Shown: piece by piece, positions 7,637-14,246 of the stretch | Numbering within the stretch: position 1 is the first letter of the stretch | Layout: each line of letters opens with the position of its first letter | NCBI GenBank assembly: GCA_026625185.1 | Contig: CP113000.1 | Location: 1,485,622-1,517,621 of the forward strand | Source of the DNA: Thermodesulfobacteriota bacterium | GTDB lineage: Bacteria > Desulfobacterota > WTBG01 > JAGOGO01 | Direction: 5' to 3' | DNA length: 32,000 nucleotides | Position numbers and translations under genes: made by a program | The notes under the pieces: model-generated | Told to the model about the DNA's origin: nothing | What the model saw: only the letters and a program-made list of their open reading frames with translations | Database searches by the model: none

Positions 7637-9586
7637 TTATTTTTGCTTTCTGCCACGGCCCTCCAGCGCCAATCGAAGATTATGATTTGCCTCCGCATAC
7701 CCCGGCTTCAACCGCAAAGCCTCCCTGAAATGAACAATACCTTCCTCCGTCTTCCCCTGCATGGATAGGATTATCCCCAGATCGTTATGGGCCTGTGCGA
7801 AATTCGGTTGCAAGCGGACGGCCTCTTTGAGGTGCCGTTCTGCTTCTTCACGTTCTCCCTGGTTTGCCATCACAATGGCCAGATCGTAATGTACCACCGC
7901 GGTTTTGGGCTTAAACCGCAAGGCTTCCCGATAATGAAAAGCCGCTTCTTTGAATTCCTGACGTGAGGCCAGCACCCTACCCAGGTTGATATGGGCGTCG
8001 AAAAAATCCGGTTCGAGCTTGATCGCCTCAGTGTACTGTGTGATAGCTTCCTCGGTTCTATTGTTTGCGGCCAGACAATTGGCTAAAATGTAATGGTATT
8101 TGGAGTACCTCGGGTTGATGCGGATTGCCTCGGCAAAGTGAAAGAAGGCGCGCTCCTTATCGCCGGAGGCATACATAGCGGCGCCGAGATTGTTGTGGGC
8201 CAAATGGTTGTTGTTTGTTACGGCTAAGGCATGGCTGAACAGGCTGATACTGTTGCGCCAGTGACCGACCTGCGTCCATGTGACAGCAGTCAGACATGCG
8301 ACGGTCAGCGTCGACACCGTGAAAAGCACTGCTTTTGCATGGCGCTGTTTCTTAAGAAGTTCCGGCACTCCCCAGGCGGCCATGATGAACAGTCCAATGA
8401 GCGGGATATAGGTGTAGCGGTCGGCCATGGCCTGCAACCCCACCTGCATGATGCCGATGACGGGAACCAGCGTTCCAATGTACCAGAGCCAGCCTACCAT
8501 CAGATAGGGTCCACGCTTCACGCAATAGAAGGCCGTCGTCGTGACGCCCGCTATCAACAAAAAAGCGCCACACACCTGCCATAAAGGCCATGCTCCAGGA
8601 TAAGGATAGAAAACGGAAAGGTTCTGAGGCCATATGGCCTTGCCGATATACAGGACATATGACATCAGGGCATTGGACAAGCGCATGAACAGGGACATAC
8701 GCTCCATGAACACCATCGCATATCCATGTTGTTGGGCGTAGACGGTGATTATCGAAGTAACGGCCGACAAAACGAAGAAAGGGATCTTTTCCCGGATGAG
8801 AGGGAGTAGACGCATCCACTGCATGGAGGCATCCGCGCTTTGTACTGCAACGGGTGTAGTCCTGACGACTACCTCTTTCGCCTTCCCTTTTTTCTTGTTT
8901 TTTCCCTTCTTTGTTAATTTCTCGACGGTCTCGACGCTCCGGTTTCGGATGGATTTCCCGGCGGACAAACGATCCAACGGCCAGACATCGAGTAAGAGCA
9001 GGGCAAAGGGAAGCGTCACCAGAATGGGCTTGGCCATCAATCCCAATGCAAAAAAGAAAAGGGCAACTAGGTATCTATCCAGGCATTTGTTTTCAACGTA
9101 AAGAACATAAGCCCCCAGTGTGAGCATCCAGAAAAAGGCGCTCAAGACATCTTTTCTTTCTGCAATCCAGGCCACCGACTCAACATGGAGCGGATGGAGG
9201 GCAAACAAAGCGGCTACAAAAACGCTGCGCCATAACCTCCGGGTCATGCGGTTGAGGATCAGAAAAAGTAGAAGCGTAGAGACGATATGAAAAAAGACAT
9301 TCACGAGATGGAAGCCCCCTGCGTTGACCCCGAACAGATTGACATCCAGCATGAGGGAAAGCCAGGTCATGGGGTGCCAGTTGGTCGCATAAACAGAAGT
9401 GACGGCCCATTGAAGGCCATCGAGAGTTAGTCCGGACAGAACATGTCTGTTTGCCAGAACGTACGTCCTATCGTCCATATTGACGAAGTCATGACCTTTG
9501 ACCTGCCAGAAGACAGCAAGGGTCATGATAGACAGGATCGAGCAGACTAGGATTTTTTGGGAAGATTCAGACAGGTTGACGACCAT
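7637..9586 (-). CDS. Polytopic membrane glycosyltransferase-like protein (TMTC/PMT-like, DUF1736-type N-domain) with C-terminal TPR repeats
   Basis: 'FVNMDD...NWHPMTWLSLMLD...GFHLVNVFFH...FALHPLHVESVAWIAERKDVL' is the conserved N-terminal signature. Multiple TM helices follow. The C-terminus carries at least 6 TPR-like units (AxxHYxxALRxxP...). Confidence 0.7.
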   Translation of the reverse strand: MVVNLSESSQKILVCSILSIMTLAVFWQVKGHDFVNMDDRTYVLANRHVLSGLTLDGLQWAVTSVYATNWHPMTWLSLMLDVNLFGVNAGGFHLVNVFFHIVSTLLLFLILNRMTRRLWRSVFVAALFALHPLHVESVAWIAERKDVLSAFFWMLTLGAYVLYVENKCLDRYLVALFFFALGLMAKPILVTLPFALLLLDVWPLDRLSAGKSIRNRSVETVEKLTKKGKNKKKGKAKEVVVRTTPVAVQSADASMQWMRLLPLIREKIPFFVLSAVTSIITVYAQQHGYAMVFMERMSLFMRLSNALMSYVLYIGKAIWPQNLSVFYPYPGAWPLWQVCGAFLLIAGVTTTAFYCVKRGPYLMVGWLWYIGTLVPVIGIMQVGLQAMADRYTYIPLIGLFIMAAWGVPELLKKQRHAKAVLFTVSTLTVACLTAVTWTQVGHWRNSISLFSHALAVTNNNHLAHNNLGAAMYASGDKERAFFHFAEAIRINPRYSKYHYILANCLAANNRTEEAITQYTEAIKLEPDFFDAHINLGRVLASRQEFKEAAFHYREALRFKPKTAVVHYDLAIVMANQGEREEAERHLKEAVRLQPNFAQAHNDLGIILSMQGKTEEGIVHFREALRLKPGYAEANHNLRLALEGRGRKQK

Positions 9587-9885
9587 CGGGGCATCGCTTT
9601 GCCATTAGAGTTTTATCTATGAGTAATTTAAGCAAGATGCGCAGTTGATTCAAGCAAATTTCATGTGTGTTGTCAATTTATTTCGTTGCAGAGACGACCG
9701 CTTCCGACCTTCAGGATCAGCTCTACCATATCCGATAGCATGTATTTCCGCACCAGGGTCGCAGGAGATAGCTGTAAAGATGGTTATATAGTCGTCATAA
9801 GCAAAGAAGTTTTCAAATCCGTTGCCTTTTGACCGAGTCACGGGTCCACCGGAAACAGCCTGGAACGGATGGGAAAGACAGAAAT

Positions 9886-9914
9886 AAAAAAACCCTTATT
9901 TTTAAGGGTTTTTA
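9886..9914. terminator. Bidirectional hairpin terminator
   Basis: AAAAAAA-CCCTTA-TTTT-TAAGGG-TTTTT is a perfect 6-bp stem flanked by an A-run and a T-run. Confidence 0.45.
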
Positions 9915-9945
9915 AAATTTTGTGAGACTATATAGGAATTTAATA

Positions 9946-9975
9946 TGGTGGAGGCGGGGGGAGTTGAACCCCCGT
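9946..9975 (-). repeat. Island-distal att repeat (30-nt copy of the tmRNA 3' end)
   Basis: TGGTGGAGGCGGGGGGAGTTGAACCCCCGT is identical to 24495-24524. Confidence 0.85.
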
Positions 9976-10017
9976 TTCCCGATAAAAAATCGTTTAAAAA
10001 CAATACGCTAAAAAAGA

Positions 10018-10037
10018 CTGACAAACGGCTGACAAAG
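10018..10037 (+). promoter_or_regulatory. Tandem CTGACAAA motifs (candidate integrase arm-type sites), distal end
   Basis: CTGACAAAcggCTGACAAAG lies 43 nt inside the distal att repeat. A near-identical block lies at 24425-24444. Confidence 0.5.
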
Positions 10038-10109
10038 TTAACAGGTTTTTTAAAGGTAAAAAAGCAGGAAGTTTGTTTGGAAAAATTAGTCTCCGGGAAT
10101 GGTTCACAT

Positions 10110-10138
10110 TTGACATGATACTTTTTTTGTAATATTAG
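10110..10138 (+). promoter_or_regulatory. Sigma-70-type promoter for the Panacea operon
   Basis: TTGACA, a 17-nt spacer and TATTAG lie ~35 nt upstream of the ATG at 10174. Confidence 0.45.
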
Positions 10139-10173
10139 GCTTCGTAGGAAAATTATTAAATGGTAAACTACCC

Positions 10174-10881
10174 ATGCCCCAAATAAGCAATTTAATACAA
10201 TTCATTGTTTGTTACGCCACACAGCGAGATATACAACTAACAACCGTCAGGTTGGTAAAATTTATATATCTTGCTGATTTATATTATGCAAGAGCAACAC
10301 AGGGTCGAACACTGACAGAATTACCGTGGGCGTTTGTTTATTATGGTCCCTACTGTCGCGAGGTAATGAGAGAAATTGATAAAACAACCGCTTTGGGACT
10401 AATCAATAAGACTTCGTATGAAAGTAGATTTTCAGGTTCTAAAGATTACAATATTTTTACTTGCATAGACGCAGACTTGGGAGACCTTGAAGATAAACTT
10501 TCAATTTATGTTACTTCACCACTAAAGGATGTCATTAAAAGATTTGGAGACGACACGCCTGCATTATTAGATTTTGTTTATTTTGAGACCGAGCCTATGA
10601 TTTCTGCCAAACCGGGTGAAAGCTTGAATTTCTCGGTTGCAAAGCCGTTAGAAAAACCAAAAGAAATCAAATTTAAGACGCTTTCTAAAGAAAAAATTGA
10701 GCTTGCCAAAAAGCACATCAGGAAATATGGAGAGAAACTCGAAGATGGAAGGGAAAGACTCAAACTTGATATGCTCGAAGAAAGAACACATAGAGATGAA
10801 TCATATTATCAAGCTCTTGAGTTTTGGGAGGAAGAAGATTTAGAGGTAGGATTTGAGGGAATCGCAAAAATAGAAATCTAA
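10174..10881 (+). CDS. Panacea-domain (DUF4065, SocA/GepA-like) protein with K/E-rich C-terminal extension; candidate antitoxin
   Basis: 'TTVRLVKFIYLADLYYARATQGRTLTELPWAFVYYGPYCREV' follows the Panacea/DUF4065 pattern (KLxKLLYxAD...G.PLt...w.a..yGP). Its stop overlaps the next start (TAATG). Confidence 0.6.
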   Translation: MPQISNLIQFIVCYATQRDIQLTTVRLVKFIYLADLYYARATQGRTLTELPWAFVYYGPYCREVMREIDKTTALGLINKTSYESRFSGSKDYNIFTCIDADLGDLEDKLSIYVTSPLKDVIKRFGDDTPALLDFVYFETEPMISAKPGESLNFSVAKPLEKPKEIKFKTLSKEKIELAKKHIRKYGEKLEDGRERLKLDMLEERTHRDESYYQALEFWEEEDLEVGFEGIAKIEI

Positions 10882-11591
10882 TGGGGATTCTACAGTTATA
10901 CTCGCCACAAGACTTTTATGTAACGGTTGATAGAACCGCTTATTGCCAGGGCCAATTTTGTTGGCTGCCCGTTCCTCATATTGATCCCATCCCACGAATA
11001 CTTGATGTTGAGAGGAGCTCACCAACCGAACATAACGAAATCAAATTTGTCTTGCGAAATGCCAATCGAGCGAATGACTTTCAAGCCCTCGACCGCCATC
11101 TTCCTGTTAAAAATCTTAATCTAAGAGCAAACGAGGAACTCTTTGTTCAAAGGGCAAAAAAAAGACCAGGCATTATTATTGCTTCTAAGGTTGATATTTT
11201 TCCCGAAATTACCAACTTATTGCGACAAAAAGGAAGACCCCATCTCCAACAAGATTCCATCTTTGTAATTCCAATTTATTCCATAGAAAATGAAGAAAAA
11301 AAAAGTGGTTTTCCCCAAGAGATAGTTACAAAAACACTCTGCCTCTTATATAAGCAGTTTTTCTATTTACCAAATGGCAAAAGCTTCAAGGAGGGAATTG
11401 CGAGGTTCGACCGAGTACAAGTGGTTGTTTCTCGAGATCGTGCCGCCATTGTACCAATGGATATTTGCTTATCACAAGATGTACTTAACCTTTTTTTTGG
11501 GTTATTTATATACTGTTTAACAGGTGTGGAGGATCCCGATATTAAAGTAGCACGTGATTTAATTAAAGAAACGTATTCTCCAGAATTATAA
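10881..11591 (+). CDS. Hypothetical 236-aa protein, candidate toxin/effector partner (distant PemK/MazF-like motif order)
   Basis: It is translationally coupled to the Panacea gene. The segments 'GQFCWLPVP', 'AKKRPGIIIAS', 'SIFVIPIYS' and 'GIARFDRVQVVVSRDR' occur in the same order as the MazF/Kid core strands, with large insertions. The family call is by eye only. Confidence 0.35.
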   Translation: MGILQLYSPQDFYVTVDRTAYCQGQFCWLPVPHIDPIPRILDVERSSPTEHNEIKFVLRNANRANDFQALDRHLPVKNLNLRANEELFVQRAKKRPGIIIASKVDIFPEITNLLRQKGRPHLQQDSIFVIPIYSIENEEKKSGFPQEIVTKTLCLLYKQFFYLPNGKSFKEGIARFDRVQVVVSRDRAAIVPMDICLSQDVLNLFFGLFIYCLTGVEDPDIKVARDLIKETYSPEL

Positions 11592-11797
11592 ACTTATTAA
11601 TGTACACCATTAAAGCTCTAAAACATTATACCCGGCCTTGAAATGGTTTTTTTATTACCTTTAGGATAAACCCCTACCTCTGGGAATTCTCCCTATAAAA
11701 ATGAGGTAGTTCCCCTATAGACAAGAAGTAAAATTCTTATTATTAAAATAGACTAACAGGACAATTAACTACCTTCCATTACCTCCTCACCCCGAAA

Positions 11798-11826
11798 CCC
11801 TTGCCGGAAACGGTAGGGGTTTTTTA
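11798..11826 (+). terminator. Intrinsic terminator
   Basis: The stem is CCCTTGCCG-GAAA-CGGTAGGGG (9 bp with two G-U pairs and a GNRA loop), followed by GTTTTTTATTT. Confidence 0.6.
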
Positions 11827-12064
11827 TTTCTTTCCCTTCTTTTTCCCCTCCCCTTCCTCAGAGATTTTAAAAGAATTCCTTTTCAATGGAATGTCCGTGG
11901 GAATTTTTTAACCTGAGAGGGACTCCGCTCAGGCGTATAGGTAAAAAATGAAAATTAAAAGTGTTGACTTTCGGAGGATTAAAGCGTTGAATAGAATAAC
12001 CTTCATTTAAAAAAGAAGTTATTCTATAGGGAAAGGAAAAAATGCAATATAAGTGATGGGATAG

Positions 12065-12100
12065 GCCGAATTATCCGTAAAGGGATAGTTCGGCTTTTTT
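12065..12100 (+). terminator. Strong intrinsic terminator with no upstream ORF (possible sRNA 3' end)
   Basis: GCCGAATTATCC-GTAAA-GGGATAGTTCGGC is a 12-bp stem with one G-U pair, followed by TTTTTT. Confidence 0.65.
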
Positions 12101-12174
12101 ATTGGCTGTGTAGAGGAAAAGTGGGAAGTGATAGAAAAGCTTAATAATAGTTAACTCTGAAAGGAGGAAATACT

Positions 12175-12816
12175 ATGAAAAAAATTATAATGTTTTTTAT
12201 TTTCTTTGGGCTTGTAGTTTTCTTTTTATTCCAATTCAGCATCCCAGTTTCAGCCGATAGCTTTCTTTACGATGGCACTACCTGGACTACCCTGAATTAC
12301 CCTGGCGGTGGTCAAACTGATGTCCAGGGTATTGACGGCAACAATATTGTTGGACACTGCGTGGATGGGGGGTTCCTTTATGACGGTACTACCTGGACCC
12401 TTCTGAATTACCCGGGGGGTACTTTCACTGCAGCCTATGGTATTGACGGTAACAATATCGTGGGAATATGTGCTGATTCTGATGGTCGTTATGGGTTCGT
12501 GTATGATGGCATTACCTGGACTACCCTGAATTACCCTGGCTCTGAGTACACTGTTTTCCATGGTATTGACGGTAACAATATTGTGGGAGAGCACTCAAAC
12601 TACTCTCCGGTTAGCCGTGGGTTCGTGTATGATGGCATTACCTGGACCCCTCTGGATAACCCTTGGGGGGATGTGACAATACCTCTTGGCATATCCGGTA
12701 ACAATATTGTGGGAGTATTCGATAAAAGTAATGTTCCCACCCCTGGGACATTACTTCTTGTTGGCTCCGGCCTCATCGGTCTTGCAGGGTTAAGGAGGAA
12801 GTTTAGAACAAGGTAA
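12175..12816 (+). CDS. Secreted repeat protein (four HAF-like ~40-aa repeats) with PEP-CTERM-type sorting signal
   Basis: SD AAAGGAGGAAA precedes the start and a signal peptide is present. The unit 'F(L/V)YDG(T/I)TWTxLNYPG...GIDGNNIVG' occurs 4 times. The C-terminus 'VPTPGTLLLVGSGLIGLAGLRRKFRTR' has a PEP-like motif, a TM helix and a basic tail. Confidence 0.8.
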   Translation: MKKIIMFFIFFGLVVFFLFQFSIPVSADSFLYDGTTWTTLNYPGGGQTDVQGIDGNNIVGHCVDGGFLYDGTTWTLLNYPGGTFTAAYGIDGNNIVGICADSDGRYGFVYDGITWTTLNYPGSEYTVFHGIDGNNIVGEHSNYSPVSRGFVYDGITWTPLDNPWGDVTIPLGISGNNIVGVFDKSNVPTPGTLLLVGSGLIGLAGLRRKFRTR

Positions 12817-12929
12817 TAACAGTAATCGCTTGTTCAGAAGGGACAACATCAGTAACAAGAAAAAAGGAAATAAAAAAAGGGCTTCAAGGATAATTTGTTT
12901 GAGGTTTCCTCCCAAACAATGCTTAACTT

Positions 12930-13043
12930 TCACAGAGTGCTCTTGTGTTGCTTATCCTGCTTCTTTTTTGCTCTTTTCTCCTGTTTGCTTATTTTCTGCT
13001 TCCGACTCTTATTCTTATCCTTTTTCCCGCCTTTGTCTCCCAT
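12930..13043 (-). CDS. Possible 37-aa lysine-rich peptide (MGDKGGKKDKNKSRKQKISKQEKRAKKKQDKQHKSTL)
   Basis: AAGGAG lies 7 nt upstream of the ATG, and the RBS is partly buried in the hairpin TTTTCGTT...AACGAAAA (13056-13083). The composition is low-complexity, so it may be non-coding. Confidence 0.2.
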   Translation of the reverse strand: MGDKGGKKDKNKSRKQKISKQEKRAKKKQDKQHKSTL

Positions 13044-13164
13044 TGCGTGACTCCTTTTCGTTATTAATTCTTAAACGAAAACAGTAATATTAAAAACCTT
13101 AATCGGCAAAGAATCAACTAATGTTTTTCCCCCATCCTCTTCCTCAGAAACTATTGTGCCTGCT

Positions 13165-13620
13165 TTACTTTCTCACGACGAGCACAGGGATTTTTATATC
13201 TTGATGTATTACCCCGAAGGTGACGCTTCCGAGAATCGCTGCCTTTAAAGCGCTTCTGCCCTGAGACCCCATTACGATGAGATCAACTTTTGATTTTACT
13301 GCCTCGTTGACAATTTCTTCCACCGGGTGTCCTGACCGGATGACTTTTTTTGATTGAATACCCTTTTTTGTACAGATTTTTTCACCCTCTTTAAGATAAG
13401 CCTCAGCAGTTTGCTTCAGGTAATGATCAATCGGCTCAATAATATGCGTTGGAGAATCTACCGCAGAAACGGTCTGGGCTATAAAGGAGCCGACATTGAT
13501 ATCGATTACACTCAACAAGGTAATTTTTGCGCCCAATTGCTTTGCGAGGCCAGCTGCATATTTAACAGATTTATTTGATGTTTCCGAACCATCGGTGGGA
13601 ACAAGAATTTTTGAAATCAT
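13165..13620 (-). CDS. Universal stress protein (UspA family)
   Basis: 'ILVPTDGSETSNKSVKYA' and 'DLIVMGSQGRSALKAAILGSVTFGVIHQDIKIPVLVV' are canonical Usp motifs. SD AGGAGGA precedes the start. Confidence 0.9.
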   Translation of the reverse strand: MISKILVPTDGSETSNKSVKYAAGLAKQLGAKITLLSVIDINVGSFIAQTVSAVDSPTHIIEPIDHYLKQTAEAYLKEGEKICTKKGIQSKKVIRSGHPVEEIVNEAVKSKVDLIVMGSQGRSALKAAILGSVTFGVIHQDIKIPVLVVRK

Positions 13621-13681
13621 ATGTCCTCCTTTATTAATAAGTTTAAACGATCGCCGGAGCTAATATTTCGGGAACCAGTTT

Positions 13682-13957
13682 TTATGAAGTCTCTCGTTTT
13701 GGTTTGTCCTTTAGTTTTCTTTTTCTTTCCCCTTCCTCAGGGATAATCGTCATTAAATCATTCGGGGTGCACCCGAAAAAAAGGCAAAGCTTTTCAATAA
13801 TTTCAACATTAGGTTTGTAGTGCCCCTTACTATGGGAAATTTTAGAGATGGTCACCCGTGAGATACCCGTCTTTTCAGCTATCTCATTAATCAAAATAGA
13901 TCGCTTTTCCTTAAATTCCTTATCCTCAAGCAATTGTCTAAAGTGAAATTGTATCAT
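13682..13957 (-). CDS. XRE-family HTH transcriptional regulator (start moved to the ATG at 13957)
   Basis: 'LINEIAEKTGISRVTISKISHSKG...NVEIIEKLCLFFGCTPNDL' is an HTH_3 pattern. The TTG at 13993 used by the ORF track is better read as part of a TTGACA -35 box. Confidence 0.8.
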   Translation of the reverse strand: MIQFHFRQLLEDKEFKEKRSILINEIAEKTGISRVTISKISHSKGHYKPNVEIIEKLCLFFGCTPNDLMTIIPEEGERKRKLKDKPKRETS

Positions 13958-13964
13958 GGTGTTA

Positions 13965-13993
13965 TCTTTACCAGCATTAAAGGTTTTTGTCAA
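13965..13993 (-). promoter_or_regulatory. Promoter giving a leaderless or near-leaderless XRE mRNA
   Basis: On the minus strand, TTGACA, a 17-nt spacer and TAAAGA precede the ATG, which begins ~7 nt after the -10. No SD is present. Confidence 0.45.
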
Positions 13994-14039
13994 TAGCTAA
14001 CAAAAATTAACTTTCGACAATAATTATTTCATTTTTCCT

Positions 14040-14068
14040 TTGACAAACCATTTTTATTGGAGTATTTA
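14040..14068 (+). promoter_or_regulatory. Divergent promoter for the recombinase leader
   Basis: TTGACA, a 17-nt spacer and TATTTA. The predicted transcript runs ~150 nt to the terminator at 14183-14228. Confidence 0.4.
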
Positions 14069-14182
14069 TTTATTATCTTAAGTTAAAAATTATTAACATT
14101 AATTAATTTAACAACTTACATGAAAACCCCGCGTAATCAAAAAGTAAATAGTAACGTTTCCATCCTTCTGGATGGCTTAAGG

Positions 14183-14228
14183 GCCTGGCGCAGGTTTAAC
14201 GTGGGGTTATCCTGTCCGGGCTTTTTTT
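14183..14228 (+). terminator. Intrinsic terminator/attenuator 18 nt upstream of the recombinase start
   Basis: GCCTGGCGCAGG...CCTGTCCGGGC is followed by TTTTTTT. It is preceded by the hairpin CCATCC-TTCT-GGATGG (14160-14175). A long-range pair is AACCCCGCGT (14125-14134) with ACGTGGGGTT (14199-14208). Confidence 0.55.
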
Positions 14229-14246
14229 GCAGAAAGGGGTGAAGTC

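Larger units (their letters stand above)
7182..9945. mobile_element. Probable decayed older ssrA island (no integrase left)
   Basis: The segment is bounded by two direct copies of the tmRNA 3' end. It contains one intact gene and ORF-free AT-rich flanks. Confidence 0.45.

Noticed and set aside
8231-9410. Nested ORFs on both strands inside the TPR glycosyltransferase gene
   Set aside because: They are nested in a CDS with clear family motifs and have no independent support.
9650-9841. 63-aa minus-strand ORF with a GTG start
   Set aside because: It has no RBS or recognisable motif and sits in the decayed island remnant. It might be a gene fragment, but that cannot be supported.
12250-12720. 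Tandem ~120-bp DNA repeats, considered as a CRISPR or satellite array
   Set aside because: The repeats are contiguous with no spacers, in-frame, and encode the four protein repeats of the PEP-CTERM protein.
12830-13087. 85-aa plus-strand ORF in the polypyrimidine tract
   Set aside because: It is the low-complexity S/F/L/C translation of a CT-rich spacer between convergent genes, and it has no RBS.
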